Shown piece by piece: positions 50,651 through 64,000 of a stretch of 64,000 nucleotides of DNA. Origin of the DNA: Lama guanicoe (taxonomy: Eukaryota); assembly GCA_013239625.1 (NCBI GenBank), contig MU054187.1, positions 11,367,231 to 11,431,230 of the forward strand, written 5' to 3'. Both the position numbers and the translations under genes were made by a program. How positions within the stretch are numbered: position 1 is the first letter of the stretch; each line of letters begins with the position of its first letter. The notes under the pieces were generated by a model that was not told the origin of the DNA, ran no database searches, and was given only the letters and a program-made list of their open reading frames with translations.

Positions 50651-52787
50651 AAATCAGAAATGCTTGTGGGACTCCCCTAACTAAGAGGTTGGGCTCTAAA
50701 TCTTTCCCAAATGGTCCCTTGGTGCCACTCTGAGAAGCCAGGTATTGAGCTCATTAGACCACTGATCTGACTTAATTCTTAAATTCTTAGGAAATGGCTC
50801 TGGTGCTAACCTGTCAGTGATGCTGACCCCATGCGTCTCTTAGAAGTAGAATTAAGAAACCTTCAATACATGGAAATACTTTGTTTAAAGCAGAAGCCAC
50901 AGACAGCATCCACAACAGCATCCACAGTCCAGAATGAGCCCACGGTGGCATTTTGCTTGACCAGCACACGTTTTCAAAGCAACATTTTAAAAATCAGGTG
51001 ATTTGCCATGAAAAGAAATAAAAATCCAGATTCTGACTTTTCTTGAAATTTCAGAGGAATGAGGGCTTACCTTCCTGTGAGGCAGCCATCAGTTAAATGC
51101 TTAAAGGGCGTCAAAGCTGCCCTGTTAGGTGGGACATGGCCTTCCCACGCCATCATGGCCCTCACCACTCTCCACTGCTCCCCAAAGCTTAGGCCAAGGG
51201 GCAGCTGCCATCTGCACCATGCCCACACTGCTGTTTTTCTAACAGTCAGGAGAAAGTTCTCTCTCCCCACATCTCTATCAAATGTGGAAAACTGGAAAGA
51301 CAGAAGCCCTGTGATTTTTTCTTATGCTTGGCTGTCTTCACTTGCCTACCTTCTCTGTCTAGCCCTCGAGGCGTTTTTTGCCTTCCATTCCCCTGAAAAA
51401 CTAGTCTCCACTTTTAATGGCCTTTAGCTCTTAAGGGGAAAAAAATAATGAGTCCTCGTGACCTGGAAACATTCCAGACAGATTTATTATCTGCTTCTCA
51501 GTTCCCTCTTCCCCCAGCTTGTTTTCCTTCCTCTGGTTTTAGCTGAAACACATGGGTTTTTTTTTTTTTTCCTAACAATGCAATCGTTTGGGTAGAATAA
51601 GGTATACTGTTTGATCATGTTATTTTTTTCCTAGCACTTTCGGAATTAAAATATTCAGTAGACCAATAAAGCCATTTTTAATATGGGAAACGTCACTGTT
51701 TAGGGCTCCATACTTAACTGTTGGCATAAGAAAACAGCAGAGATGTGTGTAGCCCAGGCCATTTATATGTTTAAAGCACAGATCTTACCTTATCGTAAAA
51801 CAATGGCATCCAGAAACACCCTGCACGTCTAATAAGAGCTGTGTTTGCTCGTTGCTGTCACTTACCAAACCATGAATTGCTGCAATTCACACAGAGTGTG
51901 TCTCTCTGTGAAGCCAGGTGTGTGTGAATTCCACATACCTGGGACTTCCTTAAGGGATGCTGATGACAAAATGTATTACTGAATTTCTGGTTTTGTGAGT
52001 TTTTCTGGACATGATAAATAGCCTCGATGAAAATTCCAATGTTTGATAGTGCAAAATATTGAGTAATCAATTGCTAAGGTATTTGAATCAGGAAAGACAA
52101 AGCTTTGTCGTCAAGTTTGACATGTATGTGACGTAAACTAAGCTCTCTGTGATTTTGGTACATTCGTTCCGATTAGTGGGACATTTTCTCCCCCTTGTCC
52201 TTTTTCACGCATGTGATTCGGAAATAAATGAGTTGAAGTGTGTAGAATGATTTAAATTCCTGGTTTTTGGTAACCTATCACATCCTCCCTCCAAGGACTG
52301 TTCCTGGAGCCTTGATTTTTAACTCCACCAAAATTGCACACCTGGCAGACCTCGCAGAATCACCGAAGAGGGCCACTTCTCCCCTCCTAGTCACCACTGA
52401 CCTAGCTGCCTCCTGGTCCACAGCCAACTGCTGTCATAGCATCTCCTGCAGGAGCAATGGCAGATGTCCCCAGTCCCAACCTGGAACTCTGGCGCTGGGA
52501 CAGCTTTTCTTGGCATCCCTGAGACTCAGCTGTGGCCTGGACCTTCCTTGTCCTCACGCCAGCCCAGTCAGCAGTGCCCCCAGGCCAGCTACTGGACTTA
52601 ATTACAGTCACTTCACAGCATCCCTGTCAGGCTGGCCCCTCAAAGGACAATTTTAAATGATAATGAAGTCAGGCTTTTTGCTTAAGTGGGATGTGGGGAA
52701 CAGCGTGCGATGGGTGGAGGGGAACTGATGTCTTTAGGCCAGCGTCAACATTTTAAGTTTTGAAGCGTAGACGAGGTAGTTGACCTC

Positions 52788-53160
52788 TGTCTTAGTCCGT
52801 GACGGCTGCTATAAAAAAAATACCATAGACAGGTGGCTTAGTGGCTTAGAAACAACAGACATTTGTTTCTCACAGTTCTGGATGCTGAAAAGTCCTCGAT
52901 CAAGGCTCCAGCAGATTCGGTGTCTGGTGAGGACCCGCTTTGTGGTTCATGGACAGCTGCCTTCCTGCTGTGTGCTCACACGGCCGAAAGGGCGAGGGAG
53001 CTCGTAGGGGCTCCTTTTACGAGGGCACTCATCCCATTCCTGAGGGCCCCACCCTCAGGACCTAATCACCTTCCAGAGCCCCCCCACCCCAACATAGCAC
53101 CTCAGGTGTTAGGTTTAAGCCTGCGAGTCTTGGGGAGACAAAAACATTCGGTCTGTGGCA
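52788..53160 (-). mobile_element. Complete MaLR solo LTR (MLT1A/MLT1A0-like, 373 bp)
   Basis: TG...CA termini with perfect 5-bp TSD ACCTC (52783-52787 and 53161-53165); internal TTTCTCACAGTTCTGGA, ATCAAGG..CCAGCAGATTCGGTGTCTGGTGAGG. Confidence 0.95.
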
Positions 53161-53567
53161 ACCTCCGTATTCTTATCATAGTTTTTGGAATTCAGATGTG
53201 ATTGCAGAGAGGGAGATGGGAAAGGCCAGAGTCAATTAAACGTGTCGGGGCTGAGGTGGTCACCAGGCAAAATCACAGCTCGTGCCACTTGCTCCTCAAA
53301 AACCTCGTGAACTAGTCCAGGGCGCCAGTGTTAGCTCCACATTACAGCAGAGAAGCACACACCAGAAGAGGGCAAATGACTTATTCAAGCTCATCTATGA
53401 CAAAAATCCAGAGGTGTCCCCACAAGGTCGAGTCCAGGGCTCGCTCCTTCCTCACTCTCATCCTCCTCAGCCCTGCCTCATGACTCTGGTGAATCTTCAG
53501 CCTTAAGCTTCATACCAGCCCTAGGAAATGACTGTTCTGATAACTGAGAACCAGCACAACTGGCATT

Positions 53568-53990
53568 TTATTTTTTTATTTTTTTAAACTGAAGTATAGT
53601 TGATTTACAGTGTTGTGTTAGTTTCTGGTGTACAGCATAGTGACTCAGTTATATATAATATCTTTCATATTCTTTTCTATTATAGGTTATTACAAGATAT
53701 TGAATACAGTTCCCTGTGCTTTACCGTAGGACCTTGTTGTTTATCTATTTTACGTATAATAGTTAGTATCTGCAAATCCCAAACTCCCAATTTATCCTTC
53801 CCCCTCCTTTTCCCCCCCGATAACCATAAGTTTGTTTTCTGTGTCTGTGAGCTGGGTTTCTGTTTTGTAAATAAGTTCATTTGCGTCATTTTTTTAGGTT
53901 CCACATGTAAGTGACATCGGATGGTACTTGTCTTTCTCTGTCTGACTTACTTCACTTAGAACGATCATCTCCAGGTCCATCCACATTGGG
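53568..53990 (-). mobile_element. L1 3'UTR fragment
   Basis: Poly-T plus GAAGTATAGTTGATTTACAGTGTTGTGTTAGTTTCTGGTGTACAGC; decayed TSD ACAACTGGCATT (53556-53567) and ACAATTTGCATT (53991-54002). Confidence 0.92.
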
Positions 53991-54384
53991 ACAATTTGCA
54001 TTGTAGACACCAAAGAAGGCCTAAAACCCAGAGAGGGGAGGAATTTCAGATGAACACTGAGCCCTTTCAACCATAGGACAGGACATTGTCCCATGCCCTA
54101 CTCCCAATAGCTGTAAATGCGTAATTGTGAGCTTTATTTATGCAAAATAGCTTTTGATAGAATTTCCTGATGAACCATCAATGGTGCTGCCCAGTCACCC
54201 ACACCTGGGCCCGAGCTACTGAAATCACTTCAGCTCTTAAACAGGCTTTAGTGTCTGTTAGCATCTCCCCTAAGAGGCCAGATGAAGCGAAATACGAGAA
54301 TGGAGAATGAGACAGATCTTAGCTACGAGCAGACATCATTTCTGTATCTCAGTCTTGAGAACATCCATGTCACAGCCAGTCCTC

Positions 54385-54605
54385 AGCCGAGATGGAGCTT
54401 AAGGGCGTGGACTCTGGAGCAGACTGCCTGCATTTGCGTCTGGGCTCCGCTGCTTAGGGTCTCTGTGTCTCTGGGCACGGTGCCTCATGCTTCTGCACCT
54501 CAGTTTTATCATCCATGGTATGGGGATAATAAATAATAGCACCCACTATGAAAGGTTATTGACAGGATTAAATGAGTTGTACATGTGGAACACTTAGAAG
54601 TGGGA
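54385..54605 (+). mobile_element. MIR SINE
   Basis: GGACTCTGGAGCAGACTGCCTG...CCTCAGTTTTATCATC...ATGGGGATAATA...AGGATTAAATGAG. Confidence 0.85.
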
Positions 54606-54744
54606 GCAAGTATAAAATCAGTGAGATTAAATATGAATCAATATTTTCTCTTCTTGTCTGCCTGTCTTATAGCCTTCGAAGCAGTCTGAGCCACTTCGCT
54701 CACTTAAAGTGAGGCACCCAAAGTATCTTCCCTGCCTCTGTGAA

Positions 54745-54928
54745 GGGTCTCCAATACTTTCCTAGGAGCGGTCCACGGACAGGCAGTGTCGGCAGCATCA
54801 GGGAGCTTGCTAGAGATGCAAATTCTCAGGTCCCTCCCAGGTCTTACTTAATCAGCAGCTCAGCGTGGGCCCTCAAGTCTAGGATTTAAAATGCTCTCCA
54901 GGCAATTTTTAAAGTTGGGGAAGCATTG
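54745..54928. mobile_element. MER5A-like hAT MITE
   Basis: GCATCAGGGAGCTTGCTAGAGATGCAAATTCTCAGGTCCCTCCCAG...AAGTTGGGGAAGCATTG. Confidence 0.75.
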
Positions 54929-55822
54929 TCTCAGAATCCTCTCTTTACTGAGAAACTTTAAGCCAGACACCCACGTTGAGGAATCCCGCCAGTGGAGCAG
55001 CCAGGATCATAGTACCTGCAGGGACCAAATGTCTCCATTGTTCCCTTTGGCCCGGGGACTGGTTGAAGCAGAGCATTTGCGGGGATTGTTTAGTTCCTCA
55101 ACACAACCAGCTCGGTTAATTCAGAAACCAGTGATACTTTGAGAGGAGAGTCCCGGCTGGGGCAATTCCAGAGATTATGCCTTGAGCACAGTTTTCATCC
55201 TCAGTTTTTACATTATTTGACCTTTGCTCAGATTTCCACCTACCACTCCATGTTGCATTCCAAATGAGTCTGTCAACGTGAGGTTGCAGCTTTGTTATTC
55301 GGGACCTTGGAGGATGGCTTCCAGCTACTTTTTTTTTTTTAATTTGAATCCAATGAGGCTTATAAAGAAACTCTAAGACGTCATTCGTTGAAATGAAGAG
55401 ACTGATAAGCAATAAAAATTGGTCAACAGTGTTTGCTGAGTTTTCCCCAAATTCAAGCCATTACCATAAGCAATCGCTGCAGGTTTCTGAAGAGGAGCGA
55501 GGAGTAAGTGAATGGAAGTCCACCCCTGCTTCAGTCTCCCTTCCCACGCTTGTGTCTCCATCCATCTGTTTGTCTCCAGGATCTTTCCCCCTGGATGACC
55601 AACCAACACAAATATGAAACACATTTCTACAGTGCGCTTCTCTGATCTTCTACAGGGCATGTTCGTTTTTAATTAATTCTTGAGCAACAGTGAAACCATT
55701 GCTTTTCCAGTTTTCTTCTCTTGCTGAAAACTGTGAGGTGTTAGTCAACGCTCAGCCTTCTGATGGATCCCAGCGTCTCTTGGGTCTGATCAAGAGTCAG
55801 TCCACCTTAGAGGCACAATCCA

Positions 55823-55911
55823 GGGGGAGGGTATAGCTCAAGTGGAAGCAATAAAACCTAATTACCTCCCCCCCTACCAAAAAGTAATAATAATAATTAT
55901 AAATAGATAAG
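55823..55911 (+). mobile_element. Camelid-type tRNA-derived SINE with internal deletion
   Basis: Head GGGGGAGGGTATAGCTCAAGTGG, tail AAACCTAATTACCTCCCCCCC plus AT-rich end; TSD TAGAGGCACAATC (55808-55820) and TAGAGGCACAGTC (55912-55924). Confidence 0.88.
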
Positions 55912-57814
55912 TAGAGGCACAGTCTGGTTCAAGTTCTCATCATGTGGTGGGTTCAGCACCCCCCTGGCTGTACCGCTGACGGGCCAGTCTGTTCTCCCCT
56001 TCATGCACATACCCCCTTTGCCACGGCTACACCTCTGAAAGACCTTTTTTCTAATTATGTCCTTCATTCCTTTGACACAGCCAGATTTAACATATGTCTA
56101 TTCCGTTAAATCCACACATCTCTGCCCAGCCTCCAAGCCGTGTGCTAACTCTGCCTCCCATTTCATCCAGAGAAGGCTTCATATTCATTTTCATTCCAGA
56201 AACCCACGTGCCGTTTTCATCACTCCACTTACTTCTTCCCACCTCTGGGGCACCGCAAGCACCAACTTCCCTGTGCCGCCAACGCTACACTTGGGCCTCC
56301 CCATGTTTCTCTTCCTCCTTTCCTGCCATTGGTCCTCATCTCCAGTGGCAGAGCTCTTACTAAACATTGCCTCCGGTCCCCGCTGTCCTTGTCTGTGCTG
56401 TTAATGCTGTAGCCACACTCCCGGGGACCTTGCTCTGCAAACATCCCCGAGCGATTTTCCTCTGTAAATTCTTGACTAGATAGTTTACTTCCGGAGGTCA
56501 GAGGCAGCAGGGAATTTTCCATTTCTTTTGTTAATGCTGCACCTGGAGCGATCAGCCGTGAGAGCTGAGGTAGACAGAATGCTTGGCACGAAGTGGGTGC
56601 ACGCCACGTGGTGATCACTGACTACAAAAAGGTTTCTCGATTCCCTGAAGACGAACAGAGGAGGAAAAAGCAGTTTGGGAAGCCTCCTAACTGAAGCATA
56701 TTTAGGGAGCTCTAACGAGACCCGATTAGAAACCATCTTTTCTGTTTTCACGTTTCATGTGAACAGTGAAAACTCAGGCTAACCGTGGCCTTTCGGACGG
56801 TTGCAGGCCTCTCTTCTGCTCTGAATACTGGCCTGGTTTGCAAGACGATTTCCTTTCTTGCTGGAAAACTACACAGACTTCCCCCCTTTCTTTGGAAGAA
56901 GCAGGACCAGTTGGAAATGTGAAGCTGCAGGATTCAAATGCTGTGGACTTGCTGGAGCACTCGCAGTGCGTTTCTTGACAAGTCCTGAAAAGACCATTGA
57001 ATTCTGGTGCCTGAGCTTTTTTTTTTCCCCCTGCAGTATTTGGATGCGTTTCAGCTGAAGTGTTTGGCTGGATAGGGTAATCGAAATAGATTTTTTTTTC
57101 TTCCTCAGCAATCTTGGGTACAGTTTCATCCTTTACAGTTCAAATGGAATATTTTGCTACTATGCAAATACTTTTGAGTGCAATGGAATCGTGACTCTTT
57201 CACCAGCAAACAACCTATCTTTTAACCTTACATGCAAACAGGTAGAAAATATAAACTGAGAGTGCTCTCTGGACAGAAAAAAATGGCAGGTATTTGGTGA
57301 GTTTGCTAGGGGGTACCAAGTTACGCTGAAAATCTTTTTTTTATTATTGTTATTAACTACAGGCATTTTGGAAGGACTTTTACTTAATTGGAAAAATTTT
57401 CCCCTCTTTAATTTCACATGATGAAAAACCTATCTAGTCATCTCTGCGGTGTCGGTAGCAGTGCGCGTGTGTGGTGGGCTAGGGGTTTTGATGCTCTGTT
57501 TTGATGCTCTCTGATCATCTTCAAAGGGCTGCTGGCCTTTGAATCCACTCCATAGCTAAAATTCTAGCTTTAATTATCAGATTAGCCTGCATTTTTCCCC
57601 CTCTGTTATTAAGGAAGGGAGAAGCTGAAATGTGTTTATTATTCTGCAATATACTTGAGATGGTAGGATCCCAAATGTTGCATTTTGTTCTGGAAACAAG
57701 AGCCGGTCAAATTACAGACTCCTTCAAGCCAAGGGCGGAAAGTGAATAAGTCGGGGGAACAGAGTCATTGAGCGACATGACAGACGCGGGGGTCTGTGTG
57801 GTGCTCCCCGCTAA

Positions 57815-58150
<336 letters not shown>

Positions 58151-59871
58151 TGAAATACATGAATTTCCAGTAAGTCCTTCATTGGAAAGAGTCTAGGCTT
58201 TGCTCTCCCAGTATCTCCCCATCCTTTGCTTTCCAATGTACCAGTGAGCGATCCCTTAGAGAAGAGTCAGAATGACTCTCAGTGGACATGTTAGGAAAGT
58301 GTTGCCCCCATCAGAGCACCCAGCAGTTGGAATTTTCCAGGAGAACCTACAACAGAAGAGTTTTCATCCCGTTAACCTGTGATACCACCTCAACCTCCCA
58401 AATCTTGGGGCATCACCACGCAGCTTGGGGCTTGTCTTAGCTGTTGGCAAATTCTGGCTGATCACGTCTATGAGAAACCAGCAAGTGCTTTGAAACTGCT
58501 TAGCACCTACCCCAGGATCAGCGACACAATAGATTATCATAAATAACTGAATGAATAAACCAGTGAGGCGCACCTTATTAACTCATCCATTTACTTACTC
58601 GTAACTGATAGGATTTGGAGTTTCTGTAGCTTGAATGGGGGTTGCTCTTAGGTCTCACGTGTGCACCTCCATCTTCCAGGAAACGGGGGGCACCCCAGCA
58701 GTTGCAGCTGCTATTTTTGTTTAGCCCACACAGAAGAGGGTCTGAGCTACCTGTTCTTTTGAAAGTCGGGGACCTCCTTCAAGAGAGGTCTTGGACATCA
58801 TGCCAGTTTTTCTAAGAAGGAAGCAAAGCTCCTTCCTGTGAGGTTGCCCCCAGCCCAACGTTTAGATGTTCTCCTTGGGTTTTCTGAGCATTTTTTCATG
58901 AAAGAAAACAGAGATATTGTTAGAGGGGCTGTGATGAAAAAATCATTTTTTCAGAACCCCATAGACTTACTCAAAAGAATTAAGTGTCATCATGCGTGCT
59001 TGTTGAAAATGATTTTCAGGTCTAAAGAGTCTCTATTCTGAAGATTTAAACGGGGAGGATTTCAGTTTAATGTATTCTCTCAGATCTCTTTAAAAATGAA
59101 ATTAAACTTTCCCACTGGACTCAGGAAATATGTGGCCATTTGCCTCTTTGCAGAGCCCTGTGGGCACTTCATACTTGATATTTATGGATGCAAATATCGA
59201 TTGTGAATGTGACAGCACTGTCATTCACACGCTCTCCACTTAGGGGAAACTCCTCCCGTGAACCTCAAGGGTGTCTGCTTATGCTTAGGGGAGAATCTAG
59301 GTTACTCAAAGTGCCTTATCCTGAGTGTGTTTTCTCATAGAAGTGATTTAAATTTATAGCAACTTTCATCTGAGAGCTCTAAAGCAATTTGCAAACCTGT
59401 CAAACATCCCTATAGGATTCCTAAACAGCAAGTGTACTTGGTTCCATTTTATAACTGAGCTGGGGATTTCAAATATTGTGTGACCAGCTCAGAAGCAAAA
59501 TCAGAAATGGTCCCCTGATGCCTGGCTCCTGATTCTGACCACCAAATTGTGTTTTGTTCATAAGAAGCATTGTGTGAAGTCAGTGACTTTCAACTTGCAG
59601 GTTCCCTATAATGTAACGCCTAGTAGCAGACAGAGACAGACAGAGAGAGTTGGAACATAGTTAGAACTCTCACCGTATGCAGACCGACGTGGACGGTGTC
59701 CATCGTAGGAAATAGAGATGCGGGTGACTCGGAGAACCTGCCGGGACTTAGAGCTGTCAGTGAGGACTTGCTAATTTGTCTCAGGGCTAAATCAAGAAAA
59801 GGGAAAAAGAAGATAATAAACTCTGGAGAATTAGGGAAGAGCAAGCAATGTGGCCAGAACTGACCAAGTTC

Positions 59872-60068
59872 TAGCGTGTACTTGAAATTTGCTAAGAGGC
59901 TAGACTTGGATGTTCTCGCCACAGAGGAAAAAAATGGAAACTGGAGAAGGTGGGAGGTGATGGGCATGCTGATGGGCTTGGCGGTGGTCAACATCTCACA
60001 GCGTTTACGGATCACAGGCCATAAGCCGTAGCATTTTTGATTGTCAGTTAGACCTCAGTAAAGCTGGG
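59872..60068 (+). mobile_element. Older L1 (L1MA9-like) 3' end
   Basis: TACTTGAAATTTGCTAAGAG..TAGA...GAGGTGATGG...TTGTCAGTTAGACCTCAGTAAAGCTGGG. Confidence 0.75.
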
Positions 60069-60099
60069 TAGTCGGGGAGAAAGGGAGAGAAGGGGGGGT

Positions 60100-60290
60100 T
60101 AATATTTGATGCTTACCGACTCTGTACCAGGCACTTTAGCGACGTTTTCTCACCTAATTCTTCCTGCAACCTGGAAAGGATTTGCCCGTGTTACCAGTGA
60201 AGAAACGGAAACTCAGGAGGGTTGATTGTCCAAGGTCACAAGCTAGTCAGCGGCAGAAGGAACCCAGCACAGCTGACTCCAACGTCTTTC
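60100..60290 (-). mobile_element. MIR SINE
   Basis: TGAAGAAACGGAAACTCAGGAGGGTTGATTGTCCAAGGTCACAAGCTAG. Confidence 0.75.
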
Positions 60291-62046
60291 CTCTTTCCTG
60301 TTATCTTATTTCTTTAACATACCTTTCTGTCATGCCTCGTTCCAAAGTGCCTGATGGAGACACAGAAAACATAATAGGGTACAGAGCCATAAGGAGCCTG
60401 CCAATGGAAACCAAGAGCAGGGCTAGTTAAAATAAGGCAAAGGGTAGTATACAAGTTGCAGGCGCACCATGGAGTGGTAGAGAAAAGCTGCCTAGCTGGA
60501 GCTCAGCTTCCAAATGGCAAAAGCCAAAAAGGAACCACCATCCATTACAAAGTCCACGGGGTCACCAAGATAAAAACAAGCCAGTTGCTTCTAAGAAGCG
60601 CAGTGTATTCTGGGACTTGCCCCAATTATACTGTGCTGATTCCACCCTGCAGTGGATTACAACAGCTTGAATAAAAGTCCGAGACAATTCAGTTCAGCTC
60701 CCTTATTTTCAGATGAACAAACTTAGACCCACAAGATAAAGGTGCCTTGTTGAAGTGACACATCTGATGTTCTGAGAAGAGTGGGCATCAGGACCTAGGT
60801 CTTCAGGGCTCTTTGCAGGAGGCTACCAAACCCCATGGCCCAGGTCTAGGATGAACCCGCAGACTCTCAGGCTTTCCCGGTAACAACTGTCCATCCTTCG
60901 GCGCAGCCCAGTGGGGCTGCTTTTGTCAGTTGTCTTCTTCGGGGAGAGGAGATTTGCTCCTGGAAACAAAGTCAGATTCTGAAGCCAACCTTCTTCCCAG
61001 GGGTCTAGACACTTAGGTAATAATGGAATTTATAGTGAGTCATCCTATAAAGTAAAAGGAATTCTTTCAGGGAAATGGGATTTTCCAAACACTTAGCTAG
61101 GAAGAGAAAACGGATGATACGCACTTAGGAAAATAAATTTTGATGTGCCTGTTAGTAAATCAGAAAAATTAAAAGCTAGAAGCCTAAACTGGCAGCGATA
61201 ATGAGTTATACAATTAAAATTCATCTTTGATGGGAAAATATTGACATGCCTCAGACAATTAGGAAGTAAAGATGTCACTGTGACAATAATTATCGATCCA
61301 ACCAGGGACAGAGACCCATTTGAAAACCCACAAATAAGCACATCAGGCTGACGGACATCTTAGGAAATTCAGAGAATTAGTGAGCAGTCATTAAACCAGC
61401 GTAATTATTTATGAGCCGCTAAACTAGTGGGAAAAAAGCCAATGTATAAAGATTTTATTGTTTTCCTAATAATGAATACATTATTTGCAGTATTTAGCTG
61501 GGATCTAAGGAAAACAATGACGGAAAGTGAACTATGTATTATACATAAATATCCACCTAGAGAAAAGCACAAAGCTGCAATCAGTTTTATGAAGAACAAC
61601 TCAGAGAAGACAAATTCCTAAGAGGCTTATTTTGGGAGGCATCCAGAATACATGGATTTAAACGAACTGAATTGATCCAATATTGTATTTACCATCATAT
61701 GACATGATTTTTCTTTTTCTGAACCGAGGCATATTTCTGGGGCTGGCTATAACGTAAATTTTTCTGACGTTACTCATGGAAAATATGACTCTACAGCCAC
61801 TTGAGTGTTTAAGAAGGGAAACTACAGTAACGTGTCTGTTGCATTTTTACGTTTTAAGTGAAGTGAAAACAGTCTATCATAAAGAGAAGTATTCTGCCTA
61901 TATGCTCAAAAATTGTCTTAGTTTAAATTTCTGTGAGGGTATATATATATAGACATGGATGTAAAACCTGGCATTCATTTTAAGGTATGAGTGATAATCC
62001 GTGTTTGAGAGTTGACATCGAATGTTAGTATAAAACCCTGAACCAA

Positions 62047-62299
62047 GGATAAACAACAAGGTCCTACTGTACAGCACAGGAAACTGTATTCAATACCTTG
62101 TAATAGCCTCTAATTGAAAAATAATATAAAAAGGAATATATGTACGAATGAATCACTAAGCTGTACACCAGAAATGAACACAACATTGTAAACTGACTAT
62201 ACTTCAATAAAAAAGAAGACAAAAAGGGGAAAACAAAAAAAGAGAGAGAGATTCCAAGTTGGAAACAAGAAAATAAATATATTAAAAACAAACAAACAA
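62047..62299 (+). mobile_element. L1 3'-end fragment with extended two-part tail
   Basis: GGATAAACAACAAGGTCCTACTGTACAGCACAGG...TATACTTCAATAAAAAA; TSD AAAACCCTGAACCAA (62032-62046) and AAAAACCTGAACCAA (62300-62314). Confidence 0.9.
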
Positions 62300-62766
62300 A
62301 AAAACCTGAACCAAAACAGAAGAGAACTGGAGTCATGACCTCACTCCACCTTGAACTTGTTTTGAGAACGTGCCCAGGCCAGGTTTCTAACCTATGTAAG
62401 GCAGAGATAGGACCAGATTGATTCCTCAGTTCTCTTTCCTGTCCAAAATTATACTGTCATTTTATTATAATCACTGTAATTACATTGATTCATTTAAAAA
62501 TGGTAATGTTCAAAGTGTAATCATAACACAGAATATATAAAGCCACGTGTGGATTAAATTGTAGTCATACTAATTCTGCTTCCTACCACTGGGGTGGAAG
62601 GGCCAATATTTATTATTACCTGCAATAAAATGTTTCGCAAAGAATTCTTTTCGTAGCAAAACAAAGTAGACAAATTAATCAGTTTTCTAATTGGTCTTTT
62701 TGCATTACAAAATGTATGTTACTTACAGCAAGTATTCTCTAATACAGGATTTTTTTCATTGTAACC

Positions 62767-62987
62767 TTTTTTTATTGAAGTGTAGTGAGTTTGCAGTGTT
62801 GTGTCACTTCCTGGTGCACAGCATAATGTTTTAGTCATACATATGCTCACATGTATTCCTTTTCATATTCTTTTTCATTATAGGCTATTACAAGATTCTG
62901 TGCTCTACAGTAGAAACTTGTTTATCCATTTTATATACAGTAGCTAGTATCTGCAAATCTCAAAATCCCAATTTATCCCTTCCCACC
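62767..62987 (-). mobile_element. L1 3'-end fragment
   Basis: Poly-T plus ATTGAAGTGTAGTGAGTTTGCAGTGTTGTG...CATATTCTTTTTCATTATAGG...CCCAATTTATCCCTTCCC. Confidence 0.88.
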
Positions 62988-63109
62988 AATATGAGATGTT
63001 TTTTAATGTCGAGTTCACTTACAGTAAAACAAACACATATTCTTATTTTTATGAATTGTGATAGTATCGATTTTTGCTGAGTACACAAACAGAGGGATGG
63101 CACGCCGTA

Positions 63110-63235
63110 GGATGCTGTTTACTGAGCCACAGTGTGCTTGGAACTATACCAGACGTGGGTCTTGAAGAGATATGAAGTAACACCCCTGTCTTCCCCCCTA
63201 GACTTACAACCTAGTGGGAGAAACCACTCATGCGT
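63110..63235 (-). mobile_element. L2 3'-end fragment
   Basis: TTTACTGAGCC...CCCCTGTC...ACTTACAACCTAGTGGGAGA. Confidence 0.55.
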
Positions 63236-64000
63236 CCAAGGTGACAGAAGAGTAAATCATAATTTTAACTTGGTTCAAAACTATGTACATTTTAGTTACT
63301 ACCAGTGAATTCCTGCGACCCCAAATCTAAGAATTACGTGGAGTAAAAGCTCAATAAGTATGTCATTTGTTACTTTAAATGAGATGCGACTTCTCTACAA
63401 CGTCAGGAATCTTCTGTAGTTTCTCTTTGCCGACCTAAAAATAAATGCCTTTGCCTCAAATGGTTCAAGGAAATTTTTCTAAGTATTATGTAACAGGTAA
63501 TCCTGGACAGAAGTGGCATGGCCTGAAGTCAACAATCACTATAATCAGGTCTTTCTGATCTTTCTCCCTGTCACCCAGCCCCCCTCCCACCTTCTTAAAC
63601 AGCTGTGAAGGGAAGTGTTTAATGGCTCCCAGAGAAAAGAAGGACATGGAAGGAGGGGTGGATGGTGTGTGAGTGATATGTTCAGACAGTGGTTAGGTTG
63701 ACTTGCCAATGCCAAAGGATAGAAAAACTTCAAACCACACGTAATATAAAGGCAATATGGGCGAGAGAAGGAAATTCACCTTAGGGAGCGGGAAAGAGAT
63801 CCAGTACATCTGGAGGGAAATAATTAGAAGCCCAGATAATCAACTGCAGAGCGCTGCCAGGAAGCGTGATGTTGAAAGAGGCCAGGGGTGATTACAAATG
63901 AGCCCCGGTGTTAGGAAGCAACGAGAAAGGCTGAGTAACGCGATGCTGACAGCGCTGGGGTGCTGCCTCATGACGCACGGGGTCCTGGTCGCTCTTGGAA

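Noticed and set aside
55823..55845. tRNA-like 5' end
   Set aside because: It is a SINE head; no cloverleaf, T-arm or acceptor stem.

Overview
Mammalian genomic DNA, not prokaryotic. It is probably from a camelid, judged from a tRNA-derived SINE with the head GGGGGAGGGTATAGCTCAAGTGG and tail AAACCTAATTACCTCCCCC, plus artiodactyl-type L1 3' ends. The window covers the 5' part of SULF1 (extracellular heparan-sulfate 6-O-endosulfatase 1) on the + strand. It holds a 73-nt 5'UTR exon (45650-45722), the ATG exon (46052-46281, CDS from 46110) and the 240-nt catalytic exon with the CxPxR formylglycine motif (57840-58079). The rest is intronic or non-coding and dense in L1, L2, MIR, MaLR LTRs and hAT (Charlie/MER5) fossils. 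Almost all ORF-track entries are spurious or repeat-derived. I see no convincing new biological system. The best leads are regulatory or splicing hypotheses (alternative promoter and UTR exons at 44.2-45.3 kb, inverted L1s around a frame-symmetric catalytic exon, an intronic CpG-rich patch) and retrotransposition oddities (candidate 3' transduction, internally deleted SINE). Repeat subfamily names and human comparisons come from memory, not from searches, and repeat boundaries without TSDs are approximate.
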